Origin: Blasia pusilla
Taxonomy: Eukaryota
Reading direction: 5' to 3'
Assembly: GCA_050084515.1 (NCBI GenBank)
Contig: CM114271.1
Location: 26,226,001-26,290,000, forward strand
DNA length: 64,000 bases
Shown here: positions 25,513-36,261 of the stretch, piece after piece
How positions within the stretch are numbered: position 1 is the first letter of the stretch
How the letters are laid out: every line of letters starts with the position of its first letter
Made by a program: the position numbers and the translations under genes
Notes under the pieces: generated by a model
The model's database searches: none
The model's input: the letters and a program-made list of their open reading frames with translations, nothing else
What the model was told of the DNA's origin: nothing

Positions 25513-27203
25513 GAAGATCCATGTCAAGCAGTTCAGGTCCATCGCCTAATCCAAGACATGGCGTCGTGATGCCTCTGATACTGACGGTATTGCCTTCACT
25601 CCTACAGGAAATCCCATTGCCCGCTCTCTCTCATCGGCGTTGGGCTCCACCAACCTCTGAACTTGGTCATCCCAAACCAAGCCAGGATCGGCCTCCTTGT
25701 ATGCATAGGAAGCGGGAAAACTCACAAACGTGGTAAACCCTAAACCCGCGGTTTGCCTATCCTGTTGACCACAATCAACGGTGGTCGATCATCGTGCCTC
25801 ATTTCCTCTGAGCGATGACTTGGATCCAGAATGGAATCCACTAACAAATGGAAGGGGCGCTCCACTCTCGCATACGCCCTCATCAAAATTTAGAGAGGCA
25901 GTTACAAGGTATCCTTACGTTATGGTTTTGAAAATGTGCAAAATTTTCTCTAAGACTAGGTTTCGCTTATATTCTTATATGTAATCAAGAACCCTAAGTA
26001 TTACGATTTTAATTTAATGCCTTCATCATACCTGGCTCTTCTACGTTGTCGTGTTGCGAGTTTTTTCTTCGAGTAAGGGCTAACCTTCTAGCTGAAGCAA
26101 TCATTCGTGTAAGGTGAATTCTCTAATAAATTCCCTTATTGAGTATAGAATTACTACATTCACTCTCCATTCTCTCACAAAAAAATCACAAATGGTAGTG
26201 CCGAGATGACCACTTCTTCATAACATCTAACCCCAAAATTCATAATAATAAAATCTTTCTAAACTACTTTACGCTTGTACACAAGAAAAATAACACAACT
26301 AACTAGTTTTGAATCCTACTCAAACAAGTCTATTTACATCCATATATCACTAAATAAGGACATACAAAGTACAATCCCATGTCCTTCCGTACGTGATAAT
26401 AGGAAGTATCACTGAAGTTGATGATTGTATAATATGGTTCATGAATGCCTCTCTAAATCGGTAGACTAGATAATGAGTGAACCAATAACTATCTACAAAG
26501 AAGAAATTTATGTTGTATGGATTAAGAAAAGGAAAATTAGGTACAAAACACGCTCCATCCCTATCAATGATTAACGAATATCATCTATTCTCCTCTCATT
26601 CCCTACACAAATTTAGATCATGGATAAATTGGTACATACCTTCCGAATGGGGCACCAAGTTGGTCCACCATAGACGCGGGAAATGGGCTCTAGAACCTAC
26701 ACTCGCCGCATCCAAGAACATTGTTGGGCCGATCCAGGCACGCACCTGATGAGCACTCGTCACCGCCCGTGACCTGGAGTCTCCTAAGATCGGCACATTC
26801 TCAAGAATGTAGGCTGGAGAACGAGACTGGTGCTCTTGCAACTGCCGTAAGATCCTCAACATCTCCCAAAAAAACGTGGACCGAGTGTCAACCAACCCGC
26901 TACCTCGTCCAGCACTCGATTGGCCATGACATGGCCAACCGGAAATGACCAAATCAATGGTGCCTAACCGGTCTAAGTCATGTGCCCCCAGCAACAAAAT
27001 ATCCCTCGGTAGGGAACTCTGGTACCCCTATACCGCGGACGCAGACAATAAGTCGGGAAACGTAGGCATAACTGCGCCTCATGTCGTAGTGAGACGCGCC
27101 TCGCAACATCATCACTCTCCACATACAGGTACAGTTGCACTCGCACTCCAGCCTGCAAAATAGCAGCTAACCCGGTGCTAATCCCTCCAAAGAGATCCAA
27201 CAC
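25513..27203 (-). pseudogene. Retrotransposon-encoded DNMT3-like C5 cytosine DNA methyltransferase domain (disrupted)
   Basis: Motif I VLDLFGGISTGL; motif II YLYVESDD; motif IV IDLVISGWPCHG (Cys codon 26931-26929); DTRSTFFWEMLR; motif VI YILENV; motif VIII LDAASVGSRAHFPRLWWTNL; after the insertion, motif IX EPNADERERAMGFP and motif X SRRHVLD*AMDLNCLTWIF. Frameshifts at ~27055 and ~25735. Confidence 0.9.
25892..26640. mobile_element. 749-bp AT-rich insertion of unknown class interrupting the methyltransferase
   Basis: Removing it plus one 2-bp AA/TT overlap restores ...TNLVPHSE-ILMRAYARVERP... in frame; composition differs sharply from the flanks; no clear TIRs. Confidence 0.65.
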
Positions 27204-27598
27204 TCAAATACCCTCCTCCAGGATACACCACACAATGGGTGTGGTATCCAAGGGTATTATCGTAGCACTCCCTGCTACCTCGGGTTCCTCAGACCCATCA
27301 CGCTTCAGTGCAAACGTCTCGCTCCACGCGGTCTGCACGTGCTCATCTGCCAATCGTCGAAGCTCCTCAGTCGAGCCCCACAACGGCACGTCTCCTCCAC
27401 AAAATGATGCGACTACCATAACACTCATCTATATAGAAATGTCAGGAATGGGAGTATCCCTCTGCATGGACATGTCCCTCAATCAAATCACTAGGCCAAG
27501 TGATGGCACTGCTAAATGTTGCGAAGATCGCCATCTCTCCTTGCCGCCGCTCGATCACTGCACATGTAAATCAAACGGGTAATGATCTAAGGCGCCCA

Positions 27599-27940
27599 TC
27601 ACCTAAGTGCCATCCTGGTCTCTAGGATGCGCGACTCCTCCCAATAATCCAGGGACAACCCCATCGGGTATAACACTGCTCCACCAACCAAGACGTCGTA
27701 GGACTCTACATCAGTCACTATCGCCTTGGCGCGCACCACGGCCTCATCTGTAGGATGTCCCGGGAAAATCCTCACCACAACCTCCTGTTGGGTGATATAC
27801 TGTATGGTACTCACTCCACCCAAGGATGTCTGTATCCGTAATGGACAACGCTCCACATTGGCTCTCGTCAAGCCCAATCCTGTGAATGACGCTTTCCCCA
27901 ACATCAGGGGTTGCGCTCCTGAATCCAACAAGACACGCTG
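27599..27940 (-). pseudogene. Retroviral-type aspartic protease
   Basis: VLLDSGAQPLML (D-S-G active site), flap region IQTSLGG, C-terminal YDVLVGGAVL. Confidence 0.85.
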
Positions 27941-28225
27941 CGGATTAAAAGCTCTACCTTGGGACTCACCAACTGGAAGACCGCTCCTCGGTTATCCAAC
28001 AAGACAACATCACGAGAAGCCATGGCACGCTCTATCACGCGTCTAGCGGGCATCTCCGCCATCCTAGCAGCCGCAGCCTGCCATGAATCTGACATGGACG
28101 GCCCGAGCATCCGCTCCAAGGGCAAGTCCATCACCTCCTCTGCAATCATCTCTGAATGTGATGCAAGAACTCCAACTCCACGCTCACATACCGTAGCGGT
28201 CAATTGAAAAGGGCGCACCCCAACG

Positions 28226-30140
28226 TCATAACATCGAAAGCAAAAAATAAAGGAGCGCGGTACACAATGGTGGCCTCCCCAACAACGTGCTCGACACATG
28301 CCCCTCCTGAGCATCAACAATAGGAGTCGTTGCACTCGCTTCTCCCATCGCCCTTTGTGCATGCACACCAACAACATCACCAACTCTCCAGGAACTTTGA
28401 TCAGGACCCATCGATGGGATCCTCATCGCCTCGGACAATGTGAAAGAGTGAGGAACCCTAGTCTGTTTCTTGGCTTCCCCTCGCTGTGGATCCAACTCTG
28501 CGGCTGCTCCACGCGTCACAACTGCAGCTGCCTCCATCTGGACAACCCCGCACATCCAACCAGGATCCTCCATATCTTTGGCTGCTCCATATGATTTCGA
28601 TGCCACGGATCCGGCATCTGGTAATCTCAATGCCATACCGGAAATCTACTCCTATAGTTGATGTATCTGAGCAGCCATCCTAGCCTCACGCCCAAAATCT
28701 CCCTCAATGCGTCTAGGAAGTGGGACTCTACCTCCTCCACGGGCAGCTCCACCACAGTGTCGGGAAACTCCAGCTCCTCGTCCCCCAACGGGAACATCTG
28801 GTGCACGATTTCTAGGCCCACCCGGACCGGCTACTCGCTCTGGTGCCCTCTCTGGCCCTCGGTTCGGACGTAACTCAGGATGTAAAATGAAACACTTGGC
28901 GCGTGTATGACCATACCTCTGACAATAGTCACACCGATAACCTTATGGTGCAACACCATCTCCTCCTCCATGTTGAGCCACACGTCCATGACCCTGACGA
29001 GTGCAATCGCGTTGATGATGGGCTCCACCACATGACCAACAAGTAATAGTAGGCGGCTACTACTGAGCCGCATATGAAGGTGCAAGTCTATGTGGCATGG
29101 CCTCCGGTATCCTCCCTGAGCTTGTGGTGCCACAATCGACCTATCTCGGAGTCCACGTTGTTGCATAGGTAGTGCAGGAAATCGTGAGTGCTCTCGCCCA
29201 GAACCCATGGTGGCTACGCTCTCTTCCGCCATGTTGCGCTCAATATTCTCGGCGGTCCTAAAAACATCTCTCAGCGTAGGGGAGGTGTTCATAAGAACCA
29301 CCCCCTCCCGCACTCGTGTCCGCAGGGTCCGGTCCAGCATCGCGTACCATGATTGGATAGCCTGACCCTCTATCACCCCTTGGGTGACGTTGATCAACTG
29401 GCGCAAGCGGTGTAAGCCTCATGCAAACTCTCACCCGGGCGCTTGTGGAAGTCGTGGATGTTCCGCAACTTCTCCGTCCATACCCCCTGGTAGCTCGCCC
29501 TCAACTGAGCAAAGAACTCAACCACGGGGTTGAACCTGGGACGAACCCGACTAGATGGTGCAACTGCTCCAGTGTGAGTGACCCCTCCTAAAACATCACT
29601 AGTGGAAGAGGAAGTAGCCTCTCTTGACTCCTCCTCCTCATCTGGGAATGGCTCCGTCCATGACACATAATGTGAGTCGTAGTAGAGCCTCCACGCCTCA
29701 ATCTCACGTGCATATCTCTTAGAGAACTCATGGTAATCGTCCATGGGCGCCCCCTCTAAATGCTGAAACATACCGTTCCATGTTGTAAACGGGTTAAATT
29801 CTCTAGAGTTCTTGGCCCGCTGGGAGTCGCACCAACTCCTAAACTCTGCTATGAAATCGTGCAACTCAATCGTGCCTATTGCACTTGAAAACCTACGCGG
29901 TCCTCTACTCGGGTTGTCCATCTCCTACACCCAACTAGTAGGACCACTCACATTGTATAGCGATGTGCTCACAAACTCCTCTACACGTTCCCCCTCGTCT
30001 GAAGACGACACAGAAGGAGTTCGAGGTGGTCCCTCACGTGGAGACCCTTGAAACCTCGCGCCACTCCGCGTAAAACCTCTAGAACTACTCTCGAGTTCAC
30101 CACATTGCCTCTCCAAGTCCCGAACGGACGTCGTGATGAC
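28226..30140 (-). pseudogene. Gag with CCHC zinc knuckle(s), frameshifted
   Basis: Capsid-like segment (LHDFIAEFRSWC ... KLRNIHDFHKRPGESLHEAY); canonical CDYCQRYGHTRAKC knuckle at ~28892-28934 and a variant CWSCGGAHHQRDC at ~29003-29041, both in a frame not shown in the ORF track. Confidence 0.8.
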
Positions 30141-30931
30141 CCTCATGCTCCTCTCACCCAATCCCTCTCTCCTCGCGAGTAATCCCTCAATCACTCATCC
30201 CAAACATGCGGCACTCGATCTACACTCTCCCTCCCCGAGACGTGTAACGTGCGGCAAGAAGTGGCGTGGTGCGCCAAATCGACCAGGCTATCATCTCATC
30301 AAAAACCTCCCCTCAACTCCGGACATCCCACACATGTCTATGTCCCCTAAACCACATACATAAATGATGCTCTCAACATGCACAAAACCCAATATCCCCA
30401 AATAAACTACCCAAATTCTAGAATCCCTCACGCGTGTAGGGTAAAGGACCAGAACGAGTAACCTGAACACATGTCGATGTCGCTCCTCAGCAACTGCAAA
30501 TCTCAATCCCAACTTGGTCGTGGAGACAACTCCTCCAATCAGCAAGTCATACTCCTCCCGTACTGACGTTGCTCAAAAATCCTCGATAGACAATGCGGAT
30601 CCAGTGGAATGGTGCGTCATTGCAGGCGGCATGGAACGGCTACAAACGGTACGGTCCTCGATGATGGGATGCGGCACTCGGCGGCATACCCTCCTCACTC
30701 AACAATAAACCCACACTCTGCTCCACAATGACGGTGCGGCTCCGCGATCGAGACGGTGCAGTTCGGCCACGAGTGGCATAGCGCGGCAATCAGCGGCGCG
30801 TTGCGGCTATAGGCATCACGGCACGGTACTCGATCGTCGTCGAGGGGCTACCAATCACAACATAGCAACATGAAATCAAAACTCAAACACCATAATCGGA
30901 GGTCATCTACCATCACAGGTTGATGACGAAA

Positions 30932-31180
30932 GCAATGGCGAAAAGAGTGGACAACGGCGAATCGTCGCTCGAGCAACGATGGCGATGGCGGCCAAACCTA
31001 AGTGAAATGCGTGGTGGCGGCGCAACCTAACCCGTTGAGAGAATCAAGTGGTGGCGGCGCAATTGAGAGAATCAACGGTGGTCGTGGAAGACCCTCCACT
31101 TCGTAATGGCGGCAATGGCGACCAAAGAGTGGACAACGGCCGAATGCGGTTCTGAGCAACGTTGGGCAACGGCAACGGCC
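30932..31180. repeat. Degenerate direct repeats in the retroelement 5' leader
   Basis: GCAATGGCG..AAAGAGTGGACAACGGC..GAGCAACG at 30932 and 31112; GTGGTGGCGGCGCAA and TTGAGAGAATCAA each occur twice between them. Confidence 0.65.
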
Positions 31181-32002
31181 GACGATGGACGGTGGATGGT
31201 GGACCGTTGACCGTTGATGGTGATGGTTGACCGGCGACCGGCGACGGCCGCCGTCGGCGTGGCGGTTGGTTTAGGGTTTGAACAATTTAACCCTAAAAAT
31301 TGCCTAACAATGGCAGTTTTGCAAGATTGACCATAACTTTTTACTTGCAACTCTGAATTGCGCACCATTTATTGCACAATGTGCACAGCTTCACGATCTA
31401 CAATAGCATTAAAAAATATTTGTAATTGGAAATTCTAGTAAAAAATGACAGGGATTGTTGTAAAACCCAATGTCTCTTTCTCCTACACAAAATTCGGGAG
31501 CGCTTCCGCGCTGATTTCTCCCAACCAAAATGTAAAACTTGTAAAAATACAAATCAGCAAGCTACATGGTACTCCCAAGAGCACCGGCATGGGGCAATCC
31601 GCCCCCATAATCAATCCCTATCAGAAATTGGGCAGCGCTTTCACGCGCCACTCTTCCCCCAGAAAAATTGGCAAATGCAAAGAACAATCAAAGCAGCCCT
31701 TGCTCCGGTGAGCACTCCCATGAGCCGCTAAACGGGGAACACGGTCCCCAACCTGCAAAAACAGTGAGTGATCAGCAAGCTCCCCCATGAAGCTCTTGCA
31801 TTCTCTCTTCTCTCATTCTCTCTTTCTCTCATTCTCTCTTTGTAAAGTAAGATCAATCTCTCTCTACACCATCTCACACCATAGCTCTCAAAGGTGTGCA
31901 CTCTCTCTCATGTCAAACCAAACCCACTCTCCTAATGAGAGGCTTGGTTTACACTCACAAGGCAAGGGACCATAGCTCCGCCGCCTCATGCCAAGAGGTT
32001 CA

Positions 32003-32355
32003 ACAAAGAGAGAATGAGCTCTCAAGCTCTCTCTCCTTGAGGTATACCCCTCCCCTCTCCCAAGCTCTCTCCATGATAACATATTCTCCCAAGTCACCTC
32101 CTTGGCTCTTGACCTGATGTAGGAGGTCAAGGGGCACTTACCAAAAATATAAAGTAGATCATATATTCAAAAGGGTACTTGCCTAAAATAGTAAGTTCCT
32201 CAATATGGCTCCAAATGAGCCAAAACGAAGGGGAAACTTGCTCTCTTAGGTGTCCCGGGGCCTTAGCAGGTCATCCTCAACATATTGAGCATGTCCTCCA
32301 CTACTCACAAAGGCGCTCTACTAGATCTCATCGATCTATCCTAAAAGACGTGACA
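32003..32355 (-). repeat. LTR-like segment, copy 1 (direct repeat of 34394-34723)
   Basis: Near-identical to 34394-34723; both end CTAAAAGACGTGACA on + (TGTCACG start on -). Confidence 0.85.
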
Positions 32356-34386
32356 GCACCATCAGTACAAGAGGAGTATGACTTGCTGATTGGAGGAGTT
32401 ATCTTCACGACCGCGTTGGGGTCAAGATTTTCAGTTGCCGAGGAGCAACATCGACATTATTTTCAGGTTACCCATTCAAGTCTCTTACCCTCCAAGTGTG
32501 AAGGATTTCTGGGTGTTGGGAAGTTATTTGGGATATTGGGTTTTGTGCTGATGCTAGGAACATCGATGATGTATGGATTTAGGGGACATGGACCTATGTG
32601 GGATGTCTAGAGTTGAGGATGGTTTGTGGATGAGATGATAGATCAGTTGATTTGCCGCACCACGCTGCTTGTTGCCGCACACGCCTCAATGAGAGAGTGT
32701 AGATTGAGTGCCGCATATTTAGTTTGAGTGATTGAGGGATTACTCGCGAGATTGAGAGTGATCATGTGAGAGGGGCATGAGGGCCATCACGGCGTCCTTT
32801 CATGATTTTGAGAGGCGAGGTAGTGGATCTGAGAGTAGGTCATGAGGGTTTACCCGGAGTGGTGCGAGGTTTCGAGGGTCTCGAAACCTCGCACCACTCC
32901 GGGTAAACCCTCCAGAGGGACCACCTCGATCTCCTTCTATGTCGTCTTCAGACAAGGGGGAGCGTGTAGAGGAGTGTGTTAGTGATCCTCCTTACACATT
33001 GAGTGGTCCTACTAGTTTGGCGTATGAGATGGACGACCGAGGTAGAGGACTGCGTAGGTTTTCGGGTGCTATAGGCACCATAGAGCTACACGACTTCATT
33101 GCGGAGTTTAGGAGTTGGTGTGACTCACAGTGGGCCAGGAACTCTAGAGAGTTCAACCCTTTTACAACATGGAACGGTATGTTCCTGCATTTAGAGGAGG
33201 CGCCCATGGACGATTGACATGAGTTCTCCCACAGATATGCCCAAGAGATTGAGGCATGGCAACTCTACTATGACCGACACTATGTGTCATGGACGGAACC
33301 GTTCCCATATGAGGAGGAGGAGCCAGGAGAGGCTGCTTCCTCTTCCACTAGTGATGTTTTAGGAGGGGTCACTCGCACTTGAGCAGTTGCATCATCTAGT
33401 CGGCTCCTTCCTAGGTTCAACCCCGTGGTTGAGTTCTTTGTTGAGTTGAGGGCGAGCTACCACGGGATACGGACGGAGAAGTTCGGAGCATCCACGACTT
33501 CCAGAGGCGCCCGGGTGAGAGTTTGCGTGAGGCTTACACTCGCTTGCGCCGGTTGATCAAAGTCACTCAGGCGATGACAGAGGCTCAGGCTATCCATTCA
33601 TGGTACGCTATGCTGGATCGGATCCTATGAACACGGGTGCGGGAGGGGTGCTACTTATGAACACATCCCCTATGTTGAGAGATGTTTTTAGAACCATCGA
33701 GAACATTGAGCGCAACATGGCGGAGGAGAGCGTAGCCACCATGGGTTTTGGGCGAGAGCAGTCACGATTGTCTGCACCATGAGTGCAACAACGTGGACTC
33801 CGAGATAAATCAAATGTGGCACCACGAGCTCAAGGAGGATACCGGGAGGCCATGCCACAGAGACCTGCGCCTTCATATGCGGCTCAGCAATAGCCGCCTA
33901 CGATTACTTATTGGTCATGTGGTGGAGCCCATCATCAGCATGATTGCACTCGTCAAGGTCATGGACATGTACCTCAACATGGAAGAGGAGATGGTACTAC
34001 ACCAAGAGGTCATCAATGTGACTATTTTTAGAGGTATGGTCATACACGCGCCAGGTATTTCAGTTTACACCTTGAGTTACATCCGGACCGAGGGCCAAAG
34101 AGGGCACCAGAGCAAGCTGCCAGTCCAGGTGGGCCTAGAGATTGTGCACCAAGTCGTCCGGTTGGGGGACGAGGAGCAGGAGTTGCCCGACATGGTGGTG
34201 CAGTTGCCCGTGGAGGAGGTAGATTCCCACCACCTAGACGCGTCGAGGGAGACGTCGGGCGTGAGGCTGGGATGGTTGCTCAGATACAGCAGCTACAAGA
34301 GCAGATTTCCGCTATGGCATTGGGGTTACCTGATGCCGGATCTGTGGCATCAACATCATATGGAGGATCCAGAGATGTGGAGGATC
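32356..34386 (+). mobile_element. Second, inverted copy of the leader + gag of the DNMT-carrying family (pseudogene)
   Basis: Reverse complement of 28564-30572; e.g. GLRRFSGAIGTIELHDFIAEFRSWCDSQ vs GPRRFSSAIGTIELHDFIAEFRSWCDSQ; independent stops and frameshifts. Confidence 0.9.
32844..32912. repeat. Perfect 33-bp palindrome with 3-nt loop
   Basis: GAGGGTTTACCCGGAGTGGTGCGAGGTTTCGAG-ggt-CTCGAAACCTCGCACCACTCCGGGTAAACCCTC. Confidence 0.95.
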
Positions 34387-34723
34387 TTATTTTACAAAGA
34401 GAGAATGAGCTCTCAAGCTCTCTCTCCTTGAGGTATACCCCTCCCCTCTCCCAAGCTCTCTCCATGGTAACCTATGCTCTCAAGTCACCTCCTTGGCTCT
34501 TGACCTGATGTAGGAGGTCAAGGGCCACTTAGCAAAATAAGAAAATCGATCAGATACTCAAAATGGTACTTACCTAAAATAGTAAGTTCCTCAATATGGC
34601 TCCAAATGAGCCGAAACGAAAGGGAAACCTGCTCTCTCAGGTTTCCCGGGGCCTTAGCAGGTCCTCCACTACTCACAAAGGGGCTCTACTAAATCTCACC
34701 GATATATCCTAAAAGACGTGACA
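34383..34723 (-). repeat. LTR-like segment, copy 2 (23-bp internal deletion relative to copy 1)
   Basis: Direct repeat of 32003-32355 lacking CATCCTCAACATATTGAGCATGT; joined to the gag copy through a GATC microhomology at 34383-34386. Confidence 0.85.
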
Positions 34724-36261
34724 CTTTTCTTGCAGGTGACTATGACCAGAAATCTCTCTAGTAATGTCATCCTATAAGATAGGAATGCGCTTTCATTTCT
34801 TCCCATCTTGAATTCTTTAATTTGACATGCTAAATTTTCTTCTTCCAACTTTCATTCTGCTTGAGTGTAGAGTGTTATGAGTAAACATGGGCAGCCTCGT
34901 GTTTACTTATGACACTCCGCACCTACACAGGATATTGCAAAAACTTTATGGCTCTTGCAGCAATGATTGCATCGGATTTGAGTCAAATAGATCAAAGTGC
35001 CATTGTTCCAAACGTAAGTTGAATGTGTCCTCGTCTATAGCATTAACACTTGCACTTAAGTTTGCCCATCCATTTGCACTCACGCTATCCACACACTCAA
35101 CGTGGACAGAGGTCAGCATCGCGGAGTTGAATGTTTCCATTACTTTGCGATCTGGAAGCGAAGGTCATCAAATTTCAAATATTGGATATGGGATATGGGA
35201 AAGTAACGGATGCATCAATCATGCCTCTTAACTTCACTTCTTCTTATTCTCCTTTGAGGATACTTTGAACATGTAGTTTTCTTAACATGCTCCAGATTCA
35301 AACATGCCCCACGATACCTCATGCTCACATGTGTGCATTTTCAAGATCAACCTCATGCTCGTCATTGCTCCTCCTTATGTGTACACCAAATGTGAGGTAT
35401 TTTTGTTGCTTACAAATGACTTAAACCAATTTGATGGAAGAAAATTAAGGACACACGCTCCAAATAGCCTAATACATTTGCCTATTCATCCAATGCTAAA
35501 ATAACACACATGGATTTAAGGAAGACACGTGAAATATTTAAGAATTGTCTCTCATTTAAACTAGCATGCTATTTTTTTCAAGTGCCCAAGCTAAGAAAGG
35601 ATCCATCTTCTTTTGGTATTAGTTAGAACTAAGTCATTAGAGGTGATAGATGTCACAAGAGGAGGCCACTTTGAACATGTGCCAAATAGGGAGATATTTG
35701 TTGTTGAAACTCATGTCCCTAATACTAACCTATATTATTAACAGAGGATATACGGGGTTAAAGAAATCCCCTCCACTGTTGACATTTGATCCTATCTACA
35801 TGTGACACATCTTAGATTTAAAAAATAATTACGTTCAAGGGTTCGATTAAGTTTAGAGGGCCAATTAAATTATGGTGCCAAGAATTCTTTTCCCTCACTT
35901 GTGCTATGTATACATTAAGAGAAGATAGGTTTATAGAATCCCTCCTGGTGATGTTGATAGTTATCTTTTGAGGATTCTTGGTTAGTGGCATGTGGAGTTT
36001 AAAAGGAGGAAGTTGAGTTAGAAACGAAGAAACCCAAGTTTAAGGGAGAATACATGCGAGAGAAGTGAAGGGCGAGGAGAGAGATGATGAAACGGCATAA
36101 TTTTCTTAAAATAACTTCATGCGTAGCATGAGTAATTTATTAGTAAACCCGAATCCAAAATTTTCTACATTTTGGGCGTAATTTTTTTGAAATTCTCCTA
36201 ACATTTGAACAAATTAAAATCAATGTTGCTATGTTTTAAAAGGCAGGGGAGGAGGCATAGA

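Larger units (their letters stand above)
24240..32355 (-). mobile_element. Decayed, 3'-truncated Ty3/Gypsy LTR retrotransposon, order gag - aspartic protease - C5 DNA methyltransferase - RT
   Basis: Collinear minus-strand domains; LTR-like start TGTCACG at 32355; sequence breaks off after RT (FYRRYVKGF) at ~24240, with no RNase H, integrase or 3' LTR. The 5' LTR end and PBS could not be fixed. Confidence 0.85.

Noticed and set aside
25892-26640. Spliceosomal intron within the MTase
   Set aside because: A donor-like GTATGT is present, but the nearest AG gives an out-of-frame join; exact excision without GT-AG ends restores the frame.
25513-27203. Functional host DNMT3 gene, or a bacterial restriction-modification MTase from contamination
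   Set aside because: No introns, embedded collinearly between Gypsy protease and RT, multiple stops and frameshifts, and flanked by spliced plant genes.
31456-32005. Clean solo LTR (TGTTG...CAACA)
   Set aside because: Flanks GGGAT and AAGAG are not a TSD; kept only as an alternative explanation of the flipped segment.
33748-34431. 227-aa plus-strand ORF as a gene
   Set aside because: Off-frame reading of the decayed gag copy running into LTR sequence.
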